Shown here one piece after another: positions 22,813 through 35,959 of a stretch of DNA of 64,000 nucleotides (within the stretch, counting starts at the first letter, position 1; each line of letters opens with the position of its first letter). Origin of the DNA: Squalus acanthias (lineage: Eukaryota); NCBI GenBank assembly GCA_030390025.1, contig CM059432.1:806001-870000 (forward strand), written 5' to 3'. The translations under genes were made by a program, and so were the position numbers. The notes beneath the pieces are model-generated. The model saw only the letters and a list, made by a program, of their open reading frames with translations, was not told where the DNA came from and searched no databases.

Positions 22813-23279
22813 GTGTCAGCCATGGCTCAGTGGGCAGCTCCCTCGCCTCTGTGTCAGAAAGTTGTGGGTTTAAGTCCCACTCCAGAGACTTGAGTACAAA
22901 AATCTAGGCTGACACTCCCGTGCAGTACTGAGGTAGTGCTGCACTGTTGGAGGTGCCATCTTTCAGATGAGAGTTAAACCGAGGCCCCGTCTTCCCTCTC
23001 AGGTGGATGTAAAAGATCCCGTGGGCCTATGTGGAAGAAGAGCAGGGGAGTTGTCCCTGGTTTCCTGGCCAATATTTATCCCTCAATCAACATCACTAAA
23101 ACAGATTATCTGGTCATTATCTCATTGCTGTTTGTGGGAGCTTGCTGTGCACAAATTGGCTGTTGTATTTCCTGCATTACAACAGTGACTCCACTTCAAA
23201 AATACTTCATTGGCAGTAAAGTGCTTTGGAACGTCTGGTTGTCGTGTAAGGCGCTATAGAAATGCAAATCATTCTTTCT
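22813..23279 (+). mobile_element. Full-length Deu-domain SINE
   Basis: Matches 3299-3773. Confidence 0.9.
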
Positions 23280-23599
23280 AACTTTTTTACCAAAAAATGC
23301 CCTAAATAATTCCTTTCCTCCATTATTATCTCATTAGAGATTCTGATAATAACCCTTTTCTTTAATCCTCTGCATGTGTTGTTTTCTTGAAGCGAAACTT
23401 TCCAAACTCCTGAAAAACTTGGTTAGGTAGCCTGATTGAAAGCAGATGTAGTAACGGTCGGCCAAGGCTTCAGCATTGTTTTTATGAAATACAGCTACTT
23501 TGGCACTTGCTGCTGTTTTGTAGATCACGCTGCTGCTGATTGCTATGAGCTGAGGCACAAGTCTCATTTCTATACTGTCCCCAAACTACCAACCCTGCG

Positions 23600-24280
23600 T
23601 TCAGCCTGAGACTGTAGCTTGTCTCTGCCGATGACGGGCTTCCTCCCTCTCGGCTGCAATTCACAGTGAGGCTGATGTAAGCTTGGTCAAAATGCCTTGG
23701 TGGTCTTCTCCGCTGATGGTATGGTGATATCAACAGTGGCGTCACAGTGTAAGATATCCTCTGGTCACTCTGTGCAGCGACATGGCAAATACTTCTTGTG
23801 TGAGGACGTCCTCTGTTCACTAGGAAGCGGAAGAGAATTCCAAGCTCCTTGGAATACCCCTCCTGATCACTGATCCAGTGATCCCTGCTGGGAAAGAGCC
23901 AGACTGCGATGCCTCTCCGCCAATACTGACCGTCTAGGCTTCTCCAACCTGCGGAACTGGTGGAACCGTATCCCAGAATTAGTACATTCACCAGAGGAAG
24001 GAAAGACGGTTGTTGCGGGGGAGGGCGGGGCAGTGGAATGTGAAAATAAAAAGGATTTTTGCAAAGTATTAGCACAACAGCTCCGTATGTTTGGACGTTC
24101 GCACATGACGAGGCTGCGTGCCATTACATCTGCTGCAGTCACAAGGAGAGTAATTCCAGAGGTGAATATGCAGCTGATTTGTGCTGAGCTGAAATTGTTC
24201 CCACATGAAACCCAAGCCCAGTGTGGCGTTCTTTCACGCCAAGCTGGATTTGGAGCACAGCATTCGCACGACCTAAAAAG
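23600..24280 (-). mobile_element. Possible very old RTE-clade LINE remnant
   Basis: Scattered motifs in RTE order across frames: AADVMAR, IRFHQ, SVLAER..LALSQQ, RGRP, EREEARHRQR. Confidence 0.35.
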
Positions 24281-25021
24281 CAAAATTCTAAGCTCTGTGA
24301 TGCTTTAGTGGTTTTACCATCAAATGCATAAATATCAATAGGGTATTAAAGTCACGTTACAAACTGTCAAATGAGTTCTTCTGCCAGTTAAAGCATCCCC
24401 CTGTTAGACTACAGCTCCTATAAAGATTGCATTGAGTTCCAGTCGTGATGAGCTCCAGTGAATTTGATCTCTCAGGGTTTATATTGGCCGCTGCCCAGGT
24501 TCAGTTGAAGTGTAGACGGTATTAAATTACCAGCCCGTTGCCTTCACTGAGCTTTCTTTTCCTACAGACAACAACTGGAGATTTCGATCAGGTGATTATA
24601 CTGGGTCATTGTAATTCCCTTGCTTCAGAGTCGAGACCTCGAGAAGTCGAATCTTTTAATTCCAAACTAGAAATGGAGTAGCTCACTCCGTACTGTTTAC
24701 TCTTCGCAATCCCGTACAAATCAGCTTCAAATTCAGAAAGAGATAGATTTCCAGCCATTGTATGAACAGGACTATAGACACAATAAAGCCAGCCTGTGTA
24801 ATCTGCTGCTAGCAACAGCAGTGCCAAGTAGTATGTGCGTAGTGGAGTCTAACCTCATGTGCAAACATGCACACTAACGCCATAAACAAAACGTCTTACC
24901 ATTATGAAGCGACCAGTTTAACTCATTAGGTAGCCACAGATCAAACAACATTGCTGTGGAGCAAGATTCAATTCATACCCTTAGTCAGATTTAATTCTGT
25001 CGGATAGAATATATCCATCAC

Positions 25022-25188
25022 TAATGTTCCCTGTCATTTTTTTTTGGGGCCATGCGGTCCCTTTAACGGGCTGCGCGGCCCATTCAAAATTCTGCGCATG
25101 CGCTTTTTTTTCAATTTAAAAGCCGGCTCACCGGCTGCGCGGGACCCCTGGAGCGCTGCGCGGTCACGCCGCTTAAAGGGAAACATTG
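25022..25188. mobile_element. hAT-type MITE (~165 bp)
   Basis: TIR (C/T)AATGTTCCCT...AGGGAAACATTG; 8-bp flanks TCCATCAC/TCCAATAC; second copy at 36617-36779. Confidence 0.75.
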
Positions 25189-25189
25189 T

Positions 25190-27940
25190 CCAATACTGGT
25201 TAGGCCTCAGCTGGAGTATTGTGTCCAATTCTGGTCACCACACTTTAGGAAGCATGTCAAAGCCTTAGAGAGGGTGCAGAGGAGATTTACCAGAATGGTA
25301 CCAGGGATGAAAGACTTCAGTTATGTGGAGAGACTGGAGAAGCTGGGATTGTTCTCCTTGAAGCAGAGAAGGTTAAGGGGAGATTTAATAGAGGTGTTCA
25401 AAATCATGAAGGGTTTTGATAGAGTAGACAGAGAGAAACTGATTCTATTGGCGGGAGGGTTGGTAACCAGAGGACACAAATTTAAGATAATTGGCAAAAG
25501 AACCAGAGGGGAGATGAGGAGCAATGTTGTTAAGCAGCGAAATGTTGTGATCTGGAATGCACTGCCTGAAAGGACAGTGGAAGCAGATTCAATAGTAACT
25601 TTCAAAAGGGAATTGGATAAATAATTGAAAAGGAAAAAATTGCAGGGCTGTGGGGAGAAAGCAGGAAAGTGGGACTAATTGGAGAGCTCTTTCAAAGAGC
25701 CGGCACAGGCACGATGGGCCGAATGGCCTCCTTCTGTACTGTATCATTCTAGGATTCTAACATGAGCTTCTGACTCGGAGTTTCGCACATCGGACGTACA
25801 CACTGGGAATTCAGGCGCTGAGGTGAACAGGCCTCACGGGCTTCCCATCTAATATAACGGATGGAAAATCTTGTAGGACTTGCCAACCCAAACTTCCAAT
25901 TGCTCGTGTGTGAAGCTCTATCCCAGGAACGTGATTTCATAAAATTTACCCATGTATCACTGCAGTACAAATCAGTAGTTTGAATCATGTTGTTCCGTTG
26001 TCCACTCTTTAACCTATACCTCATCCTATATAGTTCCAGCAGGCAATTTCATGTTATTTCTAGAGCTCCTTGACCTCTCTGCGACCTTTGGTCAAATGAA
26101 TTACATAGAATTTACAGCACAGAAACAGACCATTCGGCCCAACTGTTCTGTGCTGGTTTTTATGCTCCACACGAGCCACCTCCCGCCCTACTTCATCTAA
26201 CCCTATCAGCTATTACTTTCTTCCTCATGCGCTCATCTGTGCTATTCGCCTCAACTACTCCATGTAGTAGCGAGTTCCACATTCTCACCACTCTCTGAAT
26301 TTCCTATTGGGTTTATTGGTGACTACCTTATATTGATGGCCCCTAGTTTTGGACTACCCCCACAAGTGGAAACATCTTCTCTACGTCTACCCCTACCATA
26401 CTCTTCCATCATTTTAAAGACCTCTATCAGGTCACCTCTCAGCCTTCCCTTTTCTAGCCCCAGCCTACTCAGTCTTTCTTGATAATTATAACCTCTCAAT
26501 TCTGGTATCATCCTTGTAAATAATTTTTGCACTCCCTCCAGTGCCTCCTCCATCATCTCCTCTCTCTGTGGTCCACCTTTGTGCTATTGCCATCTCATTG
26601 CTCCATTGCTATCTGTCCCAGCACAGCACAGAAACATTTCCTGGAATTACTCAACATGGTGTAACCTCAAAATTAGAGCCAGGCCGTTCAGGGGTGATGT
26701 CAGAAAGCACTTGTTCACACAAAGGGTAGTGGAAATCTGGAACCATCTCCCTCAAACAGCTGTTGAGGTTGGGGGGGGTCAATTGAAAATGTCAAAACCG
26801 AGATTGATAGATTTTTGTTGGGTAAGGGTATTAAGGGATACAGAACCAAGGCGGGTAAATGGATTAAAGATACAGACCAGACATGATCTAATTGAATGAC
26901 TTGTTTTGTAGTCTTCCTTGAAAACAAGTGCCACGCTAGCTTGTTTTTAATCCAGTAGAGCCTCCTCTGTATTCATTGACTCTCTCTTAATGATTGTCTT
27001 GCTGGTGCAGCAGTAGCTGCTTTACTGATACTGAGATTAAGGGATATTGTCGAGGCAGAGGTGGGATGGGAGCTTTGCCCTGCATTTAACCTGTACTGCG
27101 CCTGACCCAGGAGTAACTGGTATTGATGTTTGTTGCAAAAAGTACAAATTATTCCGATCTTCAGAATGAATAAGAATCAAAGTATTGGCTGAAAGATTCT
27201 CATCGTGCTAGCTATTTGATGTATGTGCAGATAGGCTACAATACTGGGAGATCTCCACTAGGTGACAGTGTACATTTCCGTCTCAAATAACATTGTCACC
27301 AAAACAAGATTGCAAGTCTTGGCTGGATGTTACATAAGAACATAAGAAATAGGAGCAGGAGTAGACCAATCGGCCCCTCGAGCCTGCTCCGCCATTCAAT
27401 GAGATCATGGCTGATCTGATCCAACCTCAACTCTAAAGAACACAAGAAGCAGGAGCAGGACCAGGCCACTCGGCCCCTGGGCCCGCTCCGCCACCCACAG
27501 GGCCTTGACCGATCCGAACTCAAACTCATGTCCAATTTCCAGCCCACTCCCCGTAACCCCTGATTCCCTTTACTTCTAGGAAACGGTCTATTTCTGTTTT
27601 AAATTTATTTAATGAAGTAGCTTCCACAGCTTCCTGGGGTAGCAAATTCCACAGACCCACTACCCTCTGAGTGAAAAAGTTTCTCCTCATCTCAGTTTTG
27701 AAAGAGGAGCCCCTTATTCTAAGATTATGTCCCCTAGTTCTAGTTTCACCCATCCTTGGGAACATCCTTACCGCATCCACCCGATCAAGCCCCTTCACAA
27801 TCTTATATGTTTCAATAAGATCGCCTCTCATTCTTCTGAACTCCAATGAGTAGAGTCCCAATCTACTCAACCTCTCCTCATATGTCCACCCCCTCATCCC
27901 CGGAATTAACCGAGTGAACCTTCTTTGTACTGCCTCGAGA
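25190..27940. mobile_element. CR1 3' fragments (25190-25760 +, 26100-26550 -, 26655-26900 +, 27333-27940 -)
   Basis: QRRFTRMVPG..SY.ERL..LGLFSL..RRLRGDLIE motifs and CR1 tails. Confidence 0.9.
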
Positions 27941-28039
27941 GAGTGAGAATACTCTCTGTGGGAGAAATTTCTTTTTGCACTGCTCAGAGTAAAGAAAGAA
28001 AAAAAACCCTACATTTATATAACACCTTAATCTGTCTTT

Positions 28040-28690
28040 TGAAGCTGAGCTTTTGACCTCATATTCTCTCCATCACAAAGACCGCCTACTTCCACCTCTG
28101 CCTCCGCCCCTACATCAGCTTCTCTGCTGTTGAATCCTTCGTTCATGCCTTTGTCATCTCCAGACTTAACTACTCCACTGCCCTCCTGGCTGGTCTCCCG
28201 TCCTCCATGCTCCATGAACTTCAGCTCATCCAAAGCTCTGCTGCCCGTACGCTATCCCACATCAAGTCCCACACACCCATCAGCTTTGTCCTTGCTGACC
28301 TAGATTGCCTCCCGGTCCCTGAGAGCCCCATATTTAAAATGCTCATTCCTCATGTTTAAATCCTTTTATTGCCTCATCCCTGCCTATCTCTGTAACACCC
28401 TCACCCTGCTGAACTATCCATTTCTCTGACCTCTTGTGCATCTCCGCTCCACCCCACCATTGCAGCCTTCCCATCAGCCACCTAGGCCCTAAACTCTGGA
28501 ATTCCCTCCCTAAACCTCTCCGCCTCCCTCTCCTTCTTTAACACCCTTCTTAAAACCCACCTCTTGTCACCTCTCCTACTATTGCCTTCTTTGGCTCAGC
28601 ATCCAGTTTTTGATTGCACTTCTGTGAGGTGCCGTGGGATATTTTTCCACATTAAAAGCACTTTATCGATGCAAATTGATGTTGTTGCAG
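28040..28690 (+). mobile_element. Degenerate L2 3' region
   Basis: Similar to 2990-3285 and 4355-4760. Confidence 0.75.
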
Positions 28691-28850
28691 AATAATTTCA
28701 CACCACTTCACATATCTTGAATTATTTTGAAGTTTGTTTGACTGTTATGTCAGCAAAATCAGCAGCCATATAATTTGAGGGAAATCATTAATAGGTCATC
28801 CACGAAAGTGCAAAATCCTAAGGTGCTTTTACCTCATCAGCGTTGCTAGT

Positions 28851-29099
28851 GGCCCCGATTTTTAACTCCAGTTGGATTCCCCGCTCAGGCCTGAGTTAAA
28901 ATTACAGTCGGGTCGCAATGACGTCATCGGGTCGCAACATGCACATGTAAAGAAGGACCCCTGTTGGCTCCGGGCGGGTGTCCTTGCCGCCTGCTCAGGA
29001 GAGTGGGTTAAAATTGCAGATGTTGCGATTATGGCGGCTTTCGGACAGGTAAGAGCCAGGCCCAGGTTTCTGCTGAGCAAGTAGGGTTAAGGTCGCCCC
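28851..29099. mobile_element. Probable MITE (~250 bp)
   Basis: Imperfect inverted ends GGCCCCGATTTTTAAC and GTTAAGGTCGCCCC; CpG-rich interior. Confidence 0.5.
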
Positions 29100-29725
29100 T
29101 GACGCTGTGCCATCAACACAATATAAACAATCTGACCTCGACTCATCCGATGACATTTTTTCTTGGGTCTTCTCATCTGCTATTGCAACACCTGCCAGAA
29201 TCAGTCTTCATGGTCCTGAGTGGCCGCTAACAAGTCTGTAGACCAAAATATAAAAATAGGAGAGTGCTGCAGGGAGGTAGCATGTTTGGCACTCTCCCAG
29301 AACCCAACCGACATCAAGCTTTAGGGCCTTGAAAGGGCACACAGGTGATCTGATTCCAGTAATTAGAATGCCACAGGGAGCGGTTGAGGCGAGTAGTATA
29401 GATGCCTTTAAGGGGAAGCTAGATAAGAACATGATGGAGAAAGGAATAGAAGGATATGCTGATAGGGTGAGATGAAGTAAGGTGTGAGGAGGCTCTTGTG
29501 GAGCAGAAACATTGGCACGGACCAATGGGCTGAATGGCCTGTTTCTGTGCTGTACATTCTATGTAGTTCACCTAGATGGGTGAGGAAGCTAACTTGAAAG
29601 AGTAGAAAATCGAGGGGAGATTTTGAAACCAGTAAGTTGTATATATGATGTGACTAATATGATGGGTGCATTCTATGGTGGGGCTTACATTCACATTCAT
29701 GAGAATTACCAAATACCATATAATA

Positions 29726-30185
29726 TGTCAGCCAGTGGCTCAGTTGGTAGCACTCTCGTCTCTGAGTCAGAAGGTTGTGGGGTCGAGTCCCACTCCAGAG
29801 ACTTGAGCACATAAAGCTAGGCTGACACTCCAGTGCAGTGCTGAGGGAGTGCTGCACTGTCGGAAGTGCCGTCTTTCGGATGAAACTGAGGTCCCGTTTG
29901 CTCTCTCAGGTGGGCGTAAAAGATCCCACTGGCACTATTTCGAAGAAGATCAGGGGAGTTCTCCCCGGTGTCCTGGGGCCAATATTTATCCCTCAATCAA
30001 CATCGCTAAAACAGATTATCTGGTCATTATCACATTGCGGTTTGTGGGAGCTTGCTGTGCGCAAATTGGCTGCCGCGTTTCCCACATTACAACAGTGACT
30101 CCACTTCAAAAAGTACTTCATTGGCTGTAAAGCGCTTTGAGACGTCCGGTGGTCGTGAAAGGCGCTGTAGAAATGCAAGTCTTTT
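29726..30185 (+). mobile_element. Full-length Deu-domain SINE
   Basis: Matches 3299-3773. Confidence 0.9.
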
Positions 30186-30559
30186 AATCTAATTTTGAAA
30201 AATGGGGCCAAATTTCTGTTTAATGAGACTGTTGCTATACCAGTTAATCCACTAGATGGAGCCAGCCTTGTGCAGAGTTGGCGATAAGGAAAAATAGTCA
30301 ATGAGACGAGCTGTCACCAGAACATGTTACAACCTACATTCCACAAAAGATGGTCCATTCCGATCTATCAAAAGCTGCTTCAGCATTCCAAGTGCAAACT
30401 ATTGCTGGGTTTTAAAAATCTGGCCAAAGTCCAATTTTTATTGATGCAGGCAGGTGGAAAATAATTTTACCCTTGTGAACCCCACTCCCTTCACCCCACC
30501 ATGGGCGGCCGTGCCTTCAGCTGCCTCGGCCCTAAGCTCTGGAATTCCCTCCCTAAACA

Positions 30560-33500
30560 GGCAGAGGTACGAAATGAGTACTTTGCATCTGTCTTCACTG
30601 AAGACGAGGATGCTGCCAATGTCACAGTAAAGGAGGAGGTAGTTGAGATATTGGATGGGATAAAAATAGATAAAGAGGAGGTACTTAAAAGGTTGGCAGC
30701 GCTCAAAGTAGAAAAGTCACCCAGTCCGGATGGGATGCATCCTAGGTTGCTGAGGGAAGTAAGGGTGGAAATTGTGGAGGCTCTGGCCACAATCTTTCAA
30801 TCCTCCTTGGATATGGGAATGCTGCCAGAGGATTGGAGGATTGCAAATGTTACACTTCTGTTCAAAAAAGGGGAGAGGGATAAACCCGGCAACTACAGGC
30901 CAGTCAGCCTAATGTCGGTGGTGGGGAAACTTTTAGAGACAATAACCCGGGACAAAAATTAATTGGCACTTGGAAAAATATGGGTTAATAAATGAAAGCC
31001 AGCACGGATTTTTTAATGGCAAATTGTGATTGACAAACTTGATTGAGTTCTTTGATAAAGTAACGGAGAGGATTGATGAGGGTAGTGCGGTTGATGTTGT
31101 GTATATGGACTTTCAAAAGGTGTTTGATAAAGTACCACATAATAGACTTGTTAGCAAAATTGAAGCCCATGGGATTAAAAGGGCTGCGTGATGCAAAATT
31201 GGCTAACGGACAGAAAGCAGAGAGTAGTGGTGAGCGCTTGTTTTTCAGACTGGAGGGAAGTATACAGTGGTGCCCCCCAGGGGTCAGTATTGGGACCACT
31301 GCTCTTTTTGATATATATTAATGACCTGGGCTTGGGTATACAGGGCATAATTTCAAAATTTGAAGATGACACAAAACTCAGAAATGTAGATAGACTGGAG
31401 AAATGGGCAGACACATGACAGATGGAATTTAATGTAAAGAAGTGTGCAGTGATTCATTTTGGTAGGAAGAATGAGGAGAGACAATATAAACTAAATAGTA
31501 CAATTTTAAAGGGGGTGCAGGAAGAAGATGCAAAAAACCTTCCGGAAATAGTGGAGAACCAAGGGTCTAGTGAGAATGAGGAACTGAAAGAAATTAGTAT
31601 TAGTAAAAAAAATAGTACTGGAGAAATTAATTAAACTGAAAGCGGATAAATCCCCATGACCTGATTGCCTACATCCTAGGGTTTTAAAAGAGATGGCTAT
31701 AGAGATAGTGGATGCGTTGGTTGTCATCTTCCAAAATTCCATAGATTCTAGAACAGTTCCCGCAGATTGGAAGGTAGCAAATGTAACCCCACTATTTAAG
31801 AAAGGAGGGAGAGAGAAAATGGGGAACTATAGACCAGTTAGCCTGACATCAGAAGTGGGGAAAATGCTAGAATCTATTATTAAGGACGTGGTAACAGGGC
31901 ACTTAGAAAATAATAATAGAATTGGGCAGAGTCAACATGGATTTATGAAAGGGAAATCATGTTTGACAAATCTGTTAAGAGTTTTTTGAGGTTGTAACTA
32001 GCAGAATAGATAAGGGGGAACCAGTGGATGTGGTGCATTTGGATTTTCAGAAGGCATTCGATAAGGTGCCACACAAGAGGTTATTAAACAAAATTAGGGC
32101 TCATGGGATTGGGGGTAATATACTAACATGGATTGAGGATTGGTTAACGGACAGAAAACAGAGAGTAGAAATAAACGGGTCATTTTCAGGTACCACAAGG
32201 ATCAGTGCTTGGGCCTCAGCTATTCACAATCTACATCAATGATTTGGATGAGGGGACCAAATGCAATATATTCAAGTTTGCTGATGATACAAAGCTCGGT
32301 GGGAATGTAAGTTGTGAGGAGAATGCAAAGAGGCTTCAAGGGGATATAGACAGGCTAAGTGAGTGGGCAACAACATGACAAATGGAATATAATGTGGAGA
32401 AATGTGAAGTTATCCACTTTGGTAGGAAAAATAGAAAAGCAGAGTATTTTTTAAATGGTGAGAGATTGGGAAATGTTGGTGTTCAGAGGGACCTGGGTGT
32501 CCTTGTACACGAATCACTGAAAGTTAACATGCAGGTACAGCAAGCAATTAGGAAAGCAAATGGTATGTTGGCCTTTATTACAAGAGGATTTGAGTATAAC
32601 AGTAAAGACGTCTTACTGCAATTATATAGGGCCCTGGTGAGACCACACCTGGAGTATTGTGTACAGTTTTGGTCTCCTTACCTAAGGAAGGATATACTTG
32701 CCATAGAGGGAGTGCAACAAAGGTTCACCAGACTGGTTCCTGGGATGGGGGGAATTGTCCTATGAGGAGAGATTGAGTAGACTAGGCCTATATTCTCTAG
32801 AGTTTAGAAGAATGAGAGGTGATCTCAGTGAAACATACAAAATTCTTACAGGGCTTGACAGGGTAGATGCAGGGAGGATGTTTCCCCTGGCTGGGGAGTC
32901 TAGAACCAGGGGTCACTGTCTCAGAATAAGGGGTCGGCCATTTAGGACTGAGATGAGGAAAAACTTCTTCACTCAGAGGGTGGTGAATCTTTGGAATTCT
33001 CTACCCCAGAGGGCTGTGGAGGTCCAGTCATTGAGTATATTCAAGACAGAGATCGATAGATTTTTGAATATTAAGGGAATCAAAGGATATGGGGATAGTG
33101 CAGGATGGTAGAGATGAGGTAGAAGATCAGCCATGATCTTACTGAATGGCGGAGCAGGCTTGAGGGGCCGAATGGCTGACTCCTGCTCCTATTTCTTATG
33201 TTCTTATGTAGGAACAAACCTGGGTTGTCTGTACAAAATCTTTGAAGGTGGCAGGACAAGTTGAGAAGGCTGTTAAAAAGGCATGTGGGATCCTTGGCTT
33301 CACAAATAGAGGCATAGAGTACAAAAGTACTGTGCTAAACCTTTATAAAACACTGGTTAGGCCTCAGTTGGAGTGTTCAATTCTAGGCACCGCACTTTAG
33401 GAAGAATGTCAAGGCATTAGAGAGAGTGCAGACGAGAGAGAAATGCTACCAGGGAGGAGGGACTTCAGTTATGTGGAGAGACTGGAGAAGCTAATATTTG

Positions 33501-33620
33501 TTCCCAAGATAAAGAAAGAGAAAAGAGAATAAAAGAAACTAGATATAAAACCATCATAACCAACAGACACGATGAGCAGAATGACCTCCTTCTGAGCCGT
33601 AAATCTTTAGGATTCTATGG
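30560..33620 (+). mobile_element. CR1 RT pseudogene with a second CR1 (about 31521-33209) nested inside
   Basis: Two sets of RT motifs ([25 protein letters not shown](A/E)DDTK). The outer element resumes after the inner tail (AGGAA repeated at both junctions). Confidence 0.9.
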
Positions 33621-33889
33621 ATTAGAGGAATAGAGTGAGTTGGATTAGAGGAATAGAGTGACTTGACCTGTACAAGAAGGATATGATATTGAAGCTGGTA
33701 CATTATGAAGAGGCAGCTTGGTGAGGTTACACAAGTACTGTTAAGTCATTTCTGGCTAGTATAGGTTCAAACTACAGTCACGGGAGTAAAGAGATTGTCA
33801 AGGGACGGCGGAGAGACTTGCGATAATAAACGATAAATGCTATTTTGAATCACCAAATGTTGCTTCCAGTGGAGCTGACAGTGATACAA

Positions 33890-34920
33890 AGAAAGACTTG
33901 CCTTTCTATAGCGCCGTTCACCCAACCTCAGGACGTCCCAAACCGCTTTACAGCCAATGAAGTACTTTTGAAGTGTTGTATTGTGGGAAACACGGAAGCC
34001 AAATTTGTCCACAGCAAGCTCTCACAAACAGGGTGTGATAATGACCAGATAATCTGTGTTTTAGTGATGTTGGTTGAGCGATAAGTATTGGTCAGATAGT
34101 GGCTTAGGAACCAGTCACCCAATTGCCTTCACAGTGATCCACTTCAATTGGGATGAACCCCAAAAAGTGGATAAGAACGATATCAAAGAATGAGTCAGGA
34201 GATAAATTAATGTCCCTTCCATTGCTTATTGGGCTAAATTTTTATTTATAGTTGTTCCATTAATTACCTTGCTGGCAGTTCAAAGCTTCACAATACCAGA
34301 AAGTAAACTTTATTCATTGAACTAACATGAATGTAACCACAACAACGACACCTTCATTTATATAGCACTTTTAACATAATAAAACATCCTAAGGGGCTTC
34401 ACAGGTGTGTTATCAAACAAAATTTGACACCGAGTCAAATAAGGAGATATTAGGACAGATGAACAAAAGCTTGGTCAAAGAGGTAGGTTTTAAGGAACAT
34501 CTTAGAGGAGGAGAGAGAAGTAGAGAGGCGGAGAGGTTTAAGGAGGGAATTCCAGAGCTTAGGGCCCAGGCAGCTGAAGGCATGGCCGCCAATGGTGGAG
34601 TGATGAAAATCGGGGATACGCAAGAGGCCAGAATTGGAGGGCGCAGAGATCTCGGGGGGTTGTAGAGCTGGAGGAGATTACAGAGATAGGGAGGGGCGAG
34701 GCCATGGAGGGATTTGAAAACAAGGATGAGAATTTTTAAATTGAGGCGTTGCCGGACCGGGTGCCAATGTAGGTCAGCGAGCACAGGGGGTGATGGGTGA
34801 ACGGGACTTGGTGCGAATTAGGATACGGGCAGCAGAGTTTTGGATGAGCTCAAGTTTACGGAGGGTGGAAGGTGGGAGGCCGGCCAGGAGTGCTTTGGAA
34901 TAGTTGAGTCTGGAGGTAAC
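33890..34920 (-). mobile_element. SINE 3' fragment (33890-34095) and L2 3' end (34340-34920)
   Basis: Reverse complements of the SINE and L2 tails; LADLHWHPVRQRLNLKILILVFKSLHGLAP. Confidence 0.85.
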
Positions 34921-35959
34921 CACACCAAATAAATATTCACCCCCCTTACTTGCATTAATTTTGGTGAGGTTTAATACATGTCTTTTGTGAACAGAATAAA
35001 TGCCCTCCCTCCTGGAAACCAATGTGTGGTATTGCCTTGTCATCTCAACACACAACGGCAGCGGGTTTGGGCTCATTCCTTCTACAGTGAGATCCAAATC
35101 TCAGTCCTGCTGTGGTAGGGAATGTGGCAAATGGAGGCAGGCATCTCCCCACAAGAAGGGAGATGAGATCACATGAAGACTTGATATCATCGCCAAAATA
35201 CAGTTACTACGGTAATTAATATTTGAGCACAAAACCTATGCCATTGTATGATTTGGGCTGCCCGTAAATCCATCGCTGCAGGAGATGTTTTAATTTGCAA
35301 TGCTAACGAGCAGTTGCCATTTCTCAAAGTAAAACACGCCTCATCCAGTAAATATCTGACATTCCTTTCAGGTAGCTAGCGATCCTAGCAGTTGAGACGT
35401 GTAAAAAAAAAAAACTGTTTTATTCAAACACAACCAAAATAGGCACCAACATGTAATATCACTCCAATATTTTAGTTATAATTATGATTTTTTTCAAGTA
35501 AAATATAAATTGCCCATTTGTACTGACATTGTTGTGCATTTTTCCACTCTGCTTTAAACCAAAAATCTGGATTGTGAATGAGTTGCCCCAGAGTATGTTT
35601 CATTCTGACTTTTGATAAAACATCGGTTATTACTTTCTTAATAACGAAGGAAACATATAAATCAGCCTTGGCATCATATGTCCCTTACATTTCTACAACA
35701 GCATTATAAGTTCACTATGCTTTTGACAAGAAATAGCATTTTGTGTTGTTCTCGGTAGAAAAGGGAGTGTCCGTCCGCAGGATATGAGTCGCTAGAGTAA
35801 TGAGATGCTTGCTGGTTAGTGTTGGGTTGTGGAAACACACCCTCAACTATGTTGTGCAACTCAGGCAGTGACCGACAGCCTAGTCATTTGAATGAAGGAG
35901 GGGAATTATTTCTTAGACCTTTAGTAATGTGTCTAATAAAGATCTAATAATGACACATT

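Noticed and set aside
23482..24283. Nested protein-coding gene from the 197-aa and 138-aa minus ORFs
   Set aside because: No recognisable domain or supported exon chain; better explained as decayed LINE sequence or chance.
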